From contig JACAEV010000100.1 in NCBI GenBank assembly GCA_013388645.1, positions 24,934 through 88,933 of the forward strand: a DNA stretch of 64,000 nt, written 5' to 3'. Made by a program: the position numbers and the translations under genes. Shown one piece after another: positions 1-10,231 of the stretch (within the stretch, counting starts at the first letter, position 1; each line of letters starts with the position of its first letter). This DNA is from Syntrophaceae bacterium (lineage in GTDB: Bacteria > Desulfobacterota > BSN033 > UBA1163). The notes beneath the pieces are model-generated. The model was not told the DNA's origin. It was given only the letters and a program-made list of their open reading frames with translations, and searched no databases.

Positions 1-246
1 AGTAACAGGTTCCTTGTTACGCCAGATGAAAAAGAGAATCAAGCTAACCAGGGCAAGGTCACGAAGAATGGCCGAAATAGACACCAGGACGAAGCTCAGG
101 CTCCCTTGTTTAATGGCGAAAAAGGAAATGGCCATCGAGGGAACGATGAGAAAAAGAAAAACAGAGACCTCAACAAGCCGCTCCACCCAGCTTAATTGCA
201 CACTATTCTCCTTGCTAAGTTCGGTATGATTCAATTCGATGACCAT
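1..246 (-). CDS. Membrane protein, N-terminal part (gene runs off the window start)
   Basis: ATG at 246..244 is preceded by AGGAGA. Translation MVIELNHTELSKENSVQLSWVERLVEVSVFLFLIVPSMAISFFAIKQGSLSFVLVSISAILRDLALVSLILFFIW shows two or three hydrophobic helices. It is open to the window edge, so it is absent from the ORF track. Function unknown. Confidence 0.45.
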   Translation of the reverse strand, partial: MVIELNHTELSKENSVQLSWVERLVEVSVFLFLIVPSMAISFFAIKQGSLSFVLVSISAILRDLALVSLILFFIWRNKEPVT

Positions 247-551
247 GAATGGTTCTCCTAAAGGCAATATTTTGATGATTCGTTAGATACATAATCTCAA
301 AGCGACACCCTTTCCCCAATTACAAAAAGGAATCAATACATTCAATTGCGAATCCCATGTTTGAAAATAAGTTGAGGAAGTTTTTCCTATCGGTTCATTT
401 CCTTGCAGCTCTGGTGCAAGACCATTAAGAGAGAGAAAAAACCAATGATACGATCCCGATAAGAAATCCGAAACAAATCCTACCTGAACTTCGTTGTCTT
501 CCTGTGAACATGACCGTCGCTTTTTTAGGGAAATTTGAGTTGTTTCCCTTC

Positions 552-896
552 CTATTTCATTTCAAGCTCATCCATTCTTTTCTGCATCTGGACCATTCTG
601 TCTTGCATCATCTTCATCTCTTTATCTGAGGCTGTACCCTTCTCCATCATTTTGGATATATCCATTAGCTGCATTGACATGTCCTTCATTATTTCAAACA
701 TCGCTTCCCTTACGTCCGGAGGAGGCATCACTTTCCTCATCATACCTGGCATCCTTGCCATTATTCCTGACATTTGATTCATCACCTCCCTCACTTTGTC
801 CATCATCTCTTTCTGATCCATCATCTCACCTTTTCCGGCATAGCTGTAGGAAGTTAACAATCCTAAAATTAGACCGATTAAGAATAACTTTCTCAT
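552..896 (-). CDS. Secreted methionine-rich, helix-forming protein (about 23% Met, MM / MxxM motifs)
   Basis: Internal ATG at 896 (MRKLFLIGLILGLLTSYSYA signal peptide) is preceded by AGGGGAGGA. The mature part is K/E/M-rich with repeated MM and MxxxM spacings (EMMDQKEMMDKVREVMNQMSGIMARMPGMMRKVM...). Confidence 0.55.
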   Translation of the reverse strand: MRKLFLIGLILGLLTSYSYAGKGEMMDQKEMMDKVREVMNQMSGIMARMPGMMRKVMPPPDVREAMFEIMKDMSMQLMDISKMMEKGTASDKEMKMMQDRMVQMQKRMDELEMK

Positions 897-1104
897 CTTT
901 GTCCTCCCCTTCTGTTTAAACGGATACATGAAATTCTTGTCGATGAAACTCACCCTATCCCTACTTCTGGAGAGCCCGTACGGTTACCTGTTACCATGAC
1001 TATTCAGCGTCTCCTCCTGATTCCGACCCCCTCCGGTTTCACGATAAGGCCTTCCCGTTATTGAAAATGGAAAGAATCACTCTTCTTTAAATCCCTAAAG
1101 GGGT

Positions 1105-3975
1105 CTATTTTCTTTTTTTTTCTCCCTGCGGTGCACGCACCCTCTTCTTCCCAATCGCCTGTTCAAGGATCTGGGATAAGGCGTCCAGTCCCCGGAGGAC
1201 ATCCTTGCCCAGGTGGACCCTCATGACGCGCCGACCATGGTCCTGCAGCGCTTTCAGATCACCCAATGCCTGAGCCCTTTTGAAAATCCCAAAGGTATAA
1301 GACGTTCCAGGAACCGGGGTATCTTCAGAATCATCAGCGGTGAGTTGTAGAAAGAGTCCTGTATTGGGACCCCCCTTATGGAATTGGCCTGTGGAATGGA
1401 GGAAGCGTGGGCCGTAACCGAGCGTGGTGGCCAGATGGAATGCATCGCGGAGGCGAATCCTAATGCTCTGAAGCCGCTGATGGATCTCCGGATTTTCTGA
1501 CAAATACGCCTGGAACGCAATATAATAACCAGGTTGGGCTTTGGCGAAAAAAGTTTTGAGATATTCTGCAGGGTTCTTTCTCTTTCCCCCGCCGTAAAAT
1601 TGCAAGGGGTCTTCCCTCAAGTCAGGATCCGGTTCGAAGAGTCTTCCCGTTCGGTCCATTTCTTTGAGCAGATGGTCGGTATTGTCCTTGCTCTCCTGGA
1701 CGTTGGGTTGATCGAAAGGATTGATGCCGAGGATTGCCCCTGCTGTGGCCGTCGCAACCTCCCATCGAAAGAATTCCTGGCCAATGTCTAATAAATCATC
1801 CATCTGGATGGTGACGACCGGATGGCCCGCTCCTTTTAAGTCGGCAATCCCATTCTCAAAGGCTCGGTCAGTCTCCCCCTGCAATCGAAGGTAGGCAAAC
1901 AGCCGGTCTTTTCCGTAAACGGAAGGAGGGCCAACGGATTCGCCGGCCACAGGCAGAAGGTCCTTCTCCTCCTTGCCCGTACTTTCAGCGAGAAGCTGTT
2001 CCAGCCACATGCCAAAGGTGGAGATAGTTTCCGGCATCAGGAAAGTGACCTTGTCCCGTTGATGTTTTGCCAGCTCTCCCATGCCGACACCGAGAACAAC
2101 GCCTGGATTCTCCTGACTGGGAACGCACGAATCACAGGCATGTTTCATCCGCAAAGCCCTGATGAGAAGCTCAGAAATATCCACGCCCGTCAGAGCAGCA
2201 GGCACAAGACCAAAATAGGAGAGAGCTGAATATCTTCCGCCGATATCGACGAAATTAAGGAAGGTCCGTCGGAAGGAGCGATCTCTGGCTATCTGAACCA
2301 GAGGGGTGCCGGGGTCCGTGATGGCCACGAAATTTTTCCCGGCCTGTTCTCCCTTCAGAGCTTTCACTTTGCTGTAAAAGTATTCGCCAAACGCCAAGGG
2401 CTCCGCTGTGGTACCAGACTTGCTGGCCACGATAAAAAGGGTCTCGGTCAGTGAAGATTCTCGTTCGATCCTCAAGATCGTTTGGGGGTCTGTGGTATCC
2501 AGAACAACCAGGGGGATGCCATGTTCACCGGTTGGGAAGATCCGCTCGAAGGCCAAAGGGGCAAGACTGCTCCCGCCCATGCCCATATGGACCACCTTTC
2601 GGAAGCCAGCCGCCCGAATTTCTGAGACGAAGTCAGAAAGCGCACCTAAATGCTCCTCCATTTTTTCGGCCACATGAAGCCAGCCTAACCCCTGACGGAT
2701 TGTCTTCTGGTTCCCAGCATCTGTTTTCCACAAGTTGGGATCCTTACGCCAGAGACGGACACTGAAGTTACTCTCCTGCAAACGGTTCAGACCCTTCTGA
2801 ACCGCCGCTTTATACTTAGGAGTATCTAACGCTTGCCGATCCACTGCCTCTTTGAGCGCTGCAGCACGCTTTGTTTTCAACGTCTCCATCAAACTGTCGT
2901 ACGGTTTGTTGAACTTCTCCACTCCCTCATCTTCCAATTGTTGCGTCACCTGATTGATGTCGATACCCACCTCTGCCAGTTGACGGAGGACTTGGTGAGC
3001 CTCTTCCAGTCCTTCTTCCAGGCGGAGGCCCGGATCTCCATGGTCCCGATAGGCATTGAGTGTTTCCTGAGGTAAGGTGTTGACCGTTTCCGGACCGATC
3101 GAATCCTCCACATACTTCACATCAGAATAGTTTGGATTCTTGGTGCTCGTACTGGCCCACAACACGCGCTGAGGCTTTGCCCCTCGGCCGACCAATTTGG
3201 AAAATCGCTCGCTACTGAAGATCTCCTTGTAGATTTGGTAGGCGATTTTTGCGCTGGCGATGGCCACCTTGCCAAGTAGGTTAGCACCTTTCTCAGCCCT
3301 GGCCTCCCCGTCTTTCATCCGTCTTTCCAGTATGGTGTCCACGAGAACGTCGATGCGACTGAGAAAGAAGCTGGCCACCGAGGCTAATGGGTTAACAGGA
3401 TCCCCTCTGGTCGTACGCTCTTCAAGCCCACCGATATAAGCTTCTGCAACTTCCCGATAACGGGGCAATCCAAAGAGAAGTGTGACGTTCACATTGATCC
3501 CCTCGCTGATGAGTTGTCTTATGGCTGGCAATCCCTCTCGCGTGGCAGGGACCTTAATCATGACGTTCGGTCGACTGATAGATGACCACAACCGCCGGGC
3601 TTCCGAAATCGTTCCTTCTGTGTCATGGGCAAGATGGGGATTGACCTCGAGGCTCACAAATCCGTCTCTTCCGTTCAACCGATGATAAATGGGTCGAAAG
3701 AGGTCGGCAGCCTGTTGAACGTCTTCCACCGTGAGGGCCTGGTAGATCTCATCAATGCTCTTGCCCTCAAGAGCTAAGGTGCGGATGGCCTCATCGTAAT
3801 CATGGCTGCCTGCGATGGCCTTCTCAAAGATCGATGGATTCGAGGTGACTCCCCGAAGTCCATCCTCCTCGATAAGTTGCTTGAGTTCTCCAGAGGTCAT
3901 CATATGCCGGCGGATGTAGTCCATCCATAGGCTTTGGCCAAAAGCTTGGAGTTTGAGTAAAGGATTCTCTCTCAC
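1105..3975 (-). CDS. tal-pgi: Bifunctional transaldolase / glucose-6-phosphate isomerase fusion (956 aa)
   Basis: N-terminal transaldolase region (MRENPLLKLQAFGQSLWMDYIRRHMMTSGELKQLIEEDGLRGVTSNPSIFEKAIAGSHDYDE, VNVTLLFGLPRYREVAEAY). C-terminal PGI region (GGRYSALSYFGLVPAALTGVD). GGGAGA RBS; stop overlaps rpiB. Confidence 0.9.
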   Translation of the reverse strand: MRENPLLKLQAFGQSLWMDYIRRHMMTSGELKQLIEEDGLRGVTSNPSIFEKAIAGSHDYDEAIRTLALEGKSIDEIYQALTVEDVQQAADLFRPIYHRLNGRDGFVSLEVNPHLAHDTEGTISEARRLWSSISRPNVMIKVPATREGLPAIRQLISEGINVNVTLLFGLPRYREVAEAYIGGLEERTTRGDPVNPLASVASFFLSRIDVLVDTILERRMKDGEARAEKGANLLGKVAIASAKIAYQIYKEIFSSERFSKLVGRGAKPQRVLWASTSTKNPNYSDVKYVEDSIGPETVNTLPQETLNAYRDHGDPGLRLEEGLEEAHQVLRQLAEVGIDINQVTQQLEDEGVEKFNKPYDSLMETLKTKRAAALKEAVDRQALDTPKYKAAVQKGLNRLQESNFSVRLWRKDPNLWKTDAGNQKTIRQGLGWLHVAEKMEEHLGALSDFVSEIRAAGFRKVVHMGMGGSSLAPLAFERIFPTGEHGIPLVVLDTTDPQTILRIERESSLTETLFIVASKSGTTAEPLAFGEYFYSKVKALKGEQAGKNFVAITDPGTPLVQIARDRSFRRTFLNFVDIGGRYSALSYFGLVPAALTGVDISELLIRALRMKHACDSCVPSQENPGVVLGVGMGELAKHQRDKVTFLMPETISTFGMWLEQLLAESTGKEEKDLLPVAGESVGPPSVYGKDRLFAYLRLQGETDRAFENGIADLKGAGHPVVTIQMDDLLDIGQEFFRWEVATATAGAILGINPFDQPNVQESKDNTDHLLKEMDRTGRLFEPDPDLREDPLQFYGGGKRKNPAEYLKTFFAKAQPGYYIAFQAYLSENPEIHQRLQSIRIRLRDAFHLATTLGYGPRFLHSTGQFHKGGPNTGLFLQLTADDSEDTPVPGTSYTFGIFKRAQALGDLKALQDHGRRVMRVHLGKDVLRGLDALSQILEQAIGKKRVRAPQGEKKRK

Positions 3976-3977
3976 GG

Positions 3978-4436
3978 CTATTTCTCCCTTGTTTTCTTTT
4001 CGATGGCAGCCACCTTTTCCAGGCGGCGCCGGAAACGTTCTTCCCCTCTGAAGCAGGCTTTCAAAAATGTCTGGACGAGGTCCCAGGCCAGCGCGTGGCC
4101 TGTTACACGCCCGCCCAGGCAGATGACATTCATACCATCATCTTCCACCCCTTGATGGGCGGAATAAACATCGGTAATTAATGCCGCTCGTACTCCAGGA
4201 ATCTTGTTGGCAACCACGGATGCCCCCACACCACTGCCACAGAGGGCCACGCCTCGCTCAACCTCTCCCTGTGCGACGGCCTTGGCCAGAGGGACGACCA
4301 CGTCGGGATAATCATCTTCCAGGACGAGGCTGTGTGTGCCAAAGTCGACCACCTCGCAATCGGAGGCGAGGGCCTCTGCCAGTTTCTTCTTCAATTCGAA
4401 TCCTCCATGGTCTGCAGCGATTCCGACGCGCATCAT
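3978..4436 (-). CDS. rpiB: Ribose-5-phosphate isomerase B
   Basis: [19 protein letters not shown]... with [25 protein letters not shown] overlap with tkt. Confidence 0.9.
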   Translation of the reverse strand: MMRVGIAADHGGFELKKKLAEALASDCEVVDFGTHSLVLEDDYPDVVVPLAKAVAQGEVERGVALCGSGVGASVVANKIPGVRAALITDVYSAHQGVEDDGMNVICLGGRVTGHALAWDLVQTFLKACFRGEERFRRRLEKVAAIEKKTREK

Positions 4437-6532
4437 TTCTTTCTTTTTCTCCTTTTTTGTTGCCGCGAAAACAAACCGAGAGCCTGTTGAAGAATATTTT
4501 CAACGGTGAACCCAAATTCACGCATCAATACCGAGGCGGATGCTGAAGCACCAAAGCGATCCAATCCAATGACATCACCTTGGTCCCCGACGTAGCGATG
4601 CCAACCCTGTGGCACGCCTGCTTCCACTGCAAGACGAAGCCGAACCGATGGCAGCAACACCGAGTCACGATACTCTTGTGACTGAGCCTCGAACAACTCC
4701 CAACTCGGCATAGAGACGACCCGCGCATCAATCATTTGTTCCTTCAACTTTTCCTGGACCTCAATCAATAGATGGATTTCCGATCCACTGGCAATCAAAA
4801 TCATATCAGGTTTGCCCTTGGGCTCTACCAGAATGTAAGCCCCACAGCGTAACCCTTCGACAGAGGAATTCCGAGTGTAGGCTAGGGTCGGAACACTCTG
4901 TCTTGTCAATATGAGCGCGACAGGTCGCTCCCGTATTTCTAAAGCAACCCGCCAGGCCACAGCCACCTCGTTCGCATCGCACGGACGAATGACAATAAGA
5001 TGCGGAATGGCCCTTAATGCAACGAGGTGCTCGACCGGTTGATGGGTCGGGCCATCTTCTCCCAGTCCAATGCTGTCGTGGGTAAAAACATAAATGACAT
5101 GCTGCTTCATCAGGGCAGCAAGGCGGATCGATGGTCGCATGTAATCCGAGAAGATGAGAAATGTTGCACCAAAGGGAATCAACCCTCCGTGGACCGCTAT
5201 TCCGTTCAGAATGGTCCCCATCGCATGTTCGCGGACGCCAAAATGGATATTACGACCTGCGTAGCTCCAGCCTCCCCCAACCGCGCCCTGCATATCCTCC
5301 TGTAGCGTAAGGGGACTTTCAAAATCCCCCATCCCGTTAAGTGCCGTATGAGTCGAAGGGTTCAAATCCCCCGATCCCCCGATCAGCATCGGGATACTGG
5401 ACGCTACAGCGTTCAGAACCTTTTCAGAAACGACGCGGGTAGCCATTCCTTTTCCTTCCGCAGGAAATTTAGGAATGTCTTTATCCCATCCCCTGGGTAA
5501 GTCACCGTTCATCATCCGATGGAGCTCTTCAGCGAGGTCAGGAAATTCCTTTTCGTACATAGAAAATTTCATATTCCACTCTTCTTCGGCCTGTTGACCT
5601 CTCGGCAGGGCCTGCCGAAAATGTCTGAGCGCTTCGCTTGGGATGTAGAAGGGTGGCTCAAGGGGCCACCCCAGATTCTGTTTGGTTAGTTTCACTTCTT
5701 CTTCGCCGAGGGGCGAGCCATGGGCTTGGAACGTATCTTGTTTGTTCGGTGATCCATATCCGATGTGGGTGCGCACCGAGATCAAAGAGGGACGCTCAAC
5801 CTCTTGTTGTGCGGCAAGTATTGCCCGATCGATAGCCTCCAGGTCATTTCCATTGTCAATGGACTGGACATCCCAGCCATAAGCTTCAAACCGCTTTCCA
5901 CAATCTTCCGTGAAGGTGAGATGGGTTGCCCCGGCCAACGAAATAGAATTGTTATCGTAAAAATAAATGAGCTTGCCAAGTCTCAGATGGCCCGCGAGAG
6001 AGGCCGCTTCCGAGGCAACACCCTCCATCAAATCGCCATCACTGACAATGGCATAGGTATAGTGATCAATGATTTCAAAACCGGGGCGGTTAAAGCAAGC
6101 CGCCAGATGTCTTTCTGCGATCGCGAGACCTACACCGTTGCCAAATCCCTGACCCAGTGGGCCGGTGGTCACTTCAATTCCGGGGGCAAGTCCTCGTTCA
6201 GGATGGCCGGGGGTCATACTGCCCCACTGCCGAAACTGTTTGATCTGTTCGAGAGGAAGAGCGTAGCCTGTGAGATGGAGTAGGCTATAGAGCAACATCG
6301 ATCCGTGTCCTGCGGAGAGAACAAATCTGTCGCGATCGAACCAATTTGGATTGGAAGGGTTGTATTTCAAAAATCGCGTCCACAAGATGTAGGCCATGGG
6401 AGCTGCACCCATCGGCATCCCTGGATGACCTGAACTGGCTTTTTCAACCGCATCAATCGATAGGAAACGAATCGTATTGATACAAAGAAGATCCAATTCA
6501 GATGAAGCAGAATTTGAATATTCCCTATTCAC
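4433..6532 (-). CDS. tkt: Transketolase
   Basis: 699 aa. [18 protein letters not shown] thiamine-diphosphate-binding N-terminus and a GDG motif. GTG start with GAGGGAGG RBS. Confidence 0.95.
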   Translation of the reverse strand: MNREYSNSASSELDLLCINTIRFLSIDAVEKASSGHPGMPMGAAPMAYILWTRFLKYNPSNPNWFDRDRFVLSAGHGSMLLYSLLHLTGYALPLEQIKQFRQWGSMTPGHPERGLAPGIEVTTGPLGQGFGNGVGLAIAERHLAACFNRPGFEIIDHYTYAIVSDGDLMEGVASEAASLAGHLRLGKLIYFYDNNSISLAGATHLTFTEDCGKRFEAYGWDVQSIDNGNDLEAIDRAILAAQQEVERPSLISVRTHIGYGSPNKQDTFQAHGSPLGEEEVKLTKQNLGWPLEPPFYIPSEALRHFRQALPRGQQAEEEWNMKFSMYEKEFPDLAEELHRMMNGDLPRGWDKDIPKFPAEGKGMATRVVSEKVLNAVASSIPMLIGGSGDLNPSTHTALNGMGDFESPLTLQEDMQGAVGGGWSYAGRNIHFGVREHAMGTILNGIAVHGGLIPFGATFLIFSDYMRPSIRLAALMKQHVIYVFTHDSIGLGEDGPTHQPVEHLVALRAIPHLIVIRPCDANEVAVAWRVALEIRERPVALILTRQSVPTLAYTRNSSVEGLRCGAYILVEPKGKPDMILIASGSEIHLLIEVQEKLKEQMIDARVVSMPSWELFEAQSQEYRDSVLLPSVRLRLAVEAGVPQGWHRYVGDQGDVIGLDRFGASASASVLMREFGFTVENILQQALGLFSRQQKRRKRKK

Positions 6533-6569
6533 GACTAACCTCCCTCATTCCCAAATCAACGCATCACCG

Positions 6570-7310
6570 TTATATGGAGAGTTGGCCACTGGCTTCCCGG
6601 TCTATCACAAAGATCAATTTCCCTTTATCGGGGTGAACCATCGATGCTGGTAAAGAGGTATCTTCTTGATCTATTATTTTTTGTAACGCAGGCGCCTTAT
6701 TCTTTCCAACCACCAGAAATAAGATGTGTTTCGCATTGTTGATAACGGGCAATGTCAAAGTGATCCGCGGGTGTCTCATTTCATCCATGGAAACGGATGC
6801 GGCAAGGTGGATGGAGTCATCTAAAACAGGAGTCCCTGGAAAGAGAGATGCTGTATGACCGTCTTCACCGATCCCAAGGAGTAAGAGGTCAAACTCAGGG
6901 AACTGATCTTTCGATAATCCGAAGAATTTTTTCAGTTCCTCTTCGTATGCCATTGCTGAAATTTGCGGCGTTGGTCTGTCGGTCGGAACGGGATGGATGT
7001 TCCCTTGGGGGATAGGGACATGGTCGAGAAGCGTTTCCTTTAACATCCGATAATTGCTATCTCTGTGTTCAAGGGAGACAAACCGTTCATCTACAAGGAA
7101 GATATGTGTCTTATCCCACGGTAACATTTTTTTCACACCGGAAAATTTATGGTAAAGATCGATCGGGGTTTTTCCTCCCGAGAGGGCAGCACTAAAGACC
7201 CCCTTTCTTTCTATCGCCTCTTGTGAAGTCTCTCTCCAGTTTTCGATGATGAAAGAAGAAATGTCATCTTTGGCATCAAAGACGCGCACGCTCCGTCGAC
7301 GAACTTTCAT
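6570..7310 (-). CDS. pgl: 6-phosphogluconolactonase
   Basis: GGKTPIDLY and LLLGIGEDGHTASLFPG motifs. Start trimmed to the ATG at 7310, which gives an ATGA overlap with the zwf stop. Confidence 0.85.
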   Translation of the reverse strand: MKVRRRSVRVFDAKDDISSFIIENWRETSQEAIERKGVFSAALSGGKTPIDLYHKFSGVKKMLPWDKTHIFLVDERFVSLEHRDSNYRMLKETLLDHVPIPQGNIHPVPTDRPTPQISAMAYEEELKKFFGLSKDQFPEFDLLLLGIGEDGHTASLFPGTPVLDDSIHLAASVSMDEMRHPRITLTLPVINNAKHILFLVVGKNKAPALQKIIDQEDTSLPASMVHPDKGKLIFVIDREASGQLSI

Positions 7311-8806
7311 GTCGTGATCCAATGGCGGCCATCCCGTTCGAGCAATTGCTTGGCTTCCTCCGGTCCCCATGTCCCTGCCTCATAGTTTGGAAAGTGATCA
7401 GGGACAATGCTTTCCCACACTTCCAGGATAGGGACTAATATGGACCATGCAGCTTCTACTTGGTCATCACGCATAAAAAGCGTTGCATCCCCCAACATTG
7501 CATCCAATAATAGAGTTTCATAAGCTTCATGAATTGGTTTCCTAAAAGCTTCTCGATAGGTAAAACGCATATCGGCTGGACGGACTAACATTATTAAACC
7601 AGGCTGCTTAATCTGAAAGCGAAGATTAATGCCTTCCTCGGGTTGGATATGTATTACAATACGATTCGCTTGCCAGTCTTTTACAGAGGTAGATGGAAAA
7701 GACTGGTGAGGCACAGGTCGAAACTGAATAGAAACTTCTGAAACCTTGGCAGGTAGCCGCTTACCAGTTCGAAGATAGAAGGGTACATCCTGCCATCGCC
7801 AGTTATCAACAAGGAGTTTGAGAGCAACAAAGGTCTCGGTAATGGAATCCGGATCTACCCCAGTCTCCTCACGATAGCCAAGTACACGCAGTCCTTGAAG
7901 GCAGCCTGCTCCGTATTGGCCTCGAACAGTGAATCGATGGACTTGATCTTTAGGAATGGGTCGGATGGCATGCAGGACATCCACTTTCTTGTTACGTATT
8001 TCGTTGTCATTAAAAGATACTGGGGGTTCCATGGCGATGAGGCATAGGATCTGCAGCAGATGATTCTGTATCATATCGCGCAGGGCACCAGATTGGTCAT
8101 AATAGCCTCCCCGATGTTCCACTCCCACCTCTTCCGCTACGGTGATTTGAATATGGTCAATATAGCGTCGGTCCCAGATAGGCTCAAACAAAGCATTTGC
8201 AAATCTGAAAGCAAGAATATTTTGCACTGTTTCCTTCCCAAGATAGTGATCAATTCGGTAAATCTGGGATTCCTGAAAGAGGCTACTAAGAATCTGATTT
8301 AGGCCATGGGCCGACACTAAATCCCGACCAAAAGGTTTTTCTATAATAATGCGAGTTCGTTGGGGATCGTGAGATAGCCCGGCTTTCCCAAGATTTTTGG
8401 CAATTGCTTCAAACCCTTCGGGAGGCGTGGCTAAGTAAAAAGTGTGATTTGCATAAGTATGCCACGTTTTATCAAGCTTTGAAAGGTGATTGACCAGAGC
8501 GGTATATGCAGCAGAGTCATCATAATGGCCTGAAATGTAGCTGAAGTGGGAGGCAAAATCATGCCAATCCCGATCATTGGTTTTGCCACGGAGCGAAAAC
8601 CTATCTACTTTTTTGCGCAGGTGCTGTCGGAATGAAGTTTCGGTGAAATGTGTTCGGGCAAAACCGATAACCGCAAAGCATTCTGACAACCACTTATCGA
8701 CGAAAAGATTATAAAGTGCTGGTACTATTTTTCGCTCCGTAAGGTCACCTGAGGCACCAAAAATAACAATCACCATGGGTTTAAGATGCGATGGTAGAGT
8801 CATCAT
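7307..8806 (-). CDS. zwf: Glucose-6-phosphate 1-dehydrogenase
   Basis: IFGASGDLTERKIVPALYNLF NADP-binding N-terminus and the RIDHYLGKE active-site motif. 499 aa. Confidence 0.95.
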   Translation of the reverse strand: MMTLPSHLKPMVIVIFGASGDLTERKIVPALYNLFVDKWLSECFAVIGFARTHFTETSFRQHLRKKVDRFSLRGKTNDRDWHDFASHFSYISGHYDDSAAYTALVNHLSKLDKTWHTYANHTFYLATPPEGFEAIAKNLGKAGLSHDPQRTRIIIEKPFGRDLVSAHGLNQILSSLFQESQIYRIDHYLGKETVQNILAFRFANALFEPIWDRRYIDHIQITVAEEVGVEHRGGYYDQSGALRDMIQNHLLQILCLIAMEPPVSFNDNEIRNKKVDVLHAIRPIPKDQVHRFTVRGQYGAGCLQGLRVLGYREETGVDPDSITETFVALKLLVDNWRWQDVPFYLRTGKRLPAKVSEVSIQFRPVPHQSFPSTSVKDWQANRIVIHIQPEEGINLRFQIKQPGLIMLVRPADMRFTYREAFRKPIHEAYETLLLDAMLGDATLFMRDDQVEAAWSILVPILEVWESIVPDHFPNYEAGTWGPEEAKQLLERDGRHWITT

Positions 8807-8815
8807 ATTCCTCTT

Positions 8816-10231
8816 TCAAACTCGACCCCATTCCGTATGGAAACCCTCTCCTTTATCTATTCTCTCATAAGTATGTGCACCAAAGTAGTCACGCTGGGCC
8901 TGGGTCAGGTTGGCAGGCAACCAGGCGCTGCGATAACCGTCAAAATAGGCCAAGGTAACCATCATGGCAGGGACCGGTAGACCCAGTTCGATCGCAGTGA
9001 TGACAACGCGGCGCAGGTTTGCTTGCCGCTCCATTACTTCCTGCCCTAAATGAGGATCCAGGAGCAGGTTGACGAGGTCCCTCCGATTTTCGTATGCCCT
9101 TTGAATGTTCTCCAACAATGCCGCTCGGATAATGCATCCTCCTCGCCAGATCCGAGCCACGGCTTCAAGGTTCAAGCCATAGCCATATGCCTCCGAAGCC
9201 CCCTGAAGCAGGTTCATTCCTTGGGCATAGGTTATGATCATGCAAGCGTATAAAGCACCTCGGATGTGATCGATAAACGTTTTCTTATCTCCCCGGAAGG
9301 TTGTCTTAGGTCCCTGAAGCATTTGGCTTACCGCCTCCCTTTCGGTTTTGTGAGTCGACAGATTCCGAGCGATCACGGCTGCGTCGATCGTTGGCGTTGG
9401 AATCTGAAGATCCATCGCCTCACACGATGTCCACTTGCCAGTCCCTTTCTGCTTCGCTTGGTCGACAATCATGTCAATCAATCTCTTTGCCGTCTTATCA
9501 TCCGGCTGCTGAAAAATTTTCGTCGTGATCTCTATTAAGTAGGAATTCAATTCCTTCCGATTCCACTGGCCGTAGACGGAATGCAGTTCGTCGTTCGTCA
9601 AACATAGCCTTCGTTTCATCAGGTCATAGGTCTCCGCAATCAGCTCCATGACTCCGTATTCAATCCCGTTGTGGACCATTTTGACATAGTGCCCTGCAGA
9701 TCCCGATCCCAAAAAGGCGACACAGGGTTCTCCGTTTACATTTGCCGAAACGGCTTCCAAGATCGGACGGACCCTTTCAAAGGCCTCTTTTTGCCCTCCC
9801 GGCATCATGCTGGGGCCGTGGCGGGCACCATACTCACCTCCAGAGATACCCATACCCATATAGAACAAGCCCTTTTCAGCCAACGATTTGCCTCGACGAT
9901 TCGTATCAGAAAAATGAGAGTTCCCGCCATCAATAACCAGATCGCCGACTTCAAGGAGGGGAAAGATCCCTTCGATCACATCATCCACCGGCGCCCCTGC
10001 CTCGACCATGATTAGAATGGCTCGGGGTTTTTTCAGTAAACTGATAAATTCTTGTAAAGTGTAAGCAGATCGGATTTTCCGTTCACCAGCTTCCTTTTCA
10101 ATAAATTCTCGAGTTTTTTCCGCAGTCCGGTTATAAACACCCACTGAGAAACCGTGATCTGCCATATTCAGTGCCAGATTCCTCCCCATCACCCCCAAAC
10201 CAATCAAACCTATATCACACTCATGGGTCAT
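8816..10231 (-). CDS. gnd: 6-phosphogluconate dehydrogenase (decarboxylating)
   Basis: IGLIGLGVMGRNLALNMADHGF Rossmann N-terminus. Start set at the internal ATG (MTHECDIG) because GGAGG lies 5 nt upstream. The track ORF extends to 10264. Confidence 0.9.
   Translation of the reverse strand: MTHECDIGLIGLGVMGRNLALNMADHGFSVGVYNRTAEKTREFIEKEAGERKIRSAYTLQEFISLLKKPRAILIMVEAGAPVDDVIEGIFPLLEVGDLVIDGGNSHFSDTNRRGKSLAEKGLFYMGMGISGGEYGARHGPSMMPGGQKEAFERVRPILEAVSANVNGEPCVAFLGSGSAGHYVKMVHNGIEYGVMELIAETYDLMKRRLCLTNDELHSVYGQWNRKELNSYLIEITTKIFQQPDDKTAKRLIDMIVDQAKQKGTGKWTSCEAMDLQIPTPTIDAAVIARNLSTHKTEREAVSQMLQGPKTTFRGDKKTFIDHIRGALYACMIITYAQGMNLLQGASEAYGYGLNLEAVARIWRGGCIIRAALLENIQRAYENRRDLVNLLLDPHLGQEVMERQANLRRVVITAIELGLPVPAMMVTLAYFDGYRSAWLPANLTQAQRDYFGAHTYERIDKGEGFHTEWGRV

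Noticed and set aside
14-229. 71-aa plus-strand ORF at the window start
   Set aside because: Arg/Lys-rich and low-complexity. It lies antisense to a well-supported membrane-protein frame that has an RBS.
954-1104. Intrinsic terminator after tal-pgi (CCCTaaaGGGG followed by a T-run)
   Set aside because: The stem is only 4 bp with a 2-3 nt loop, too weak to call.
5765-6283. 172-aa plus-strand ORF
   Set aside because: Lies entirely antisense within transketolase. No RBS. The composition is an artefact of the opposite-strand codon bias.
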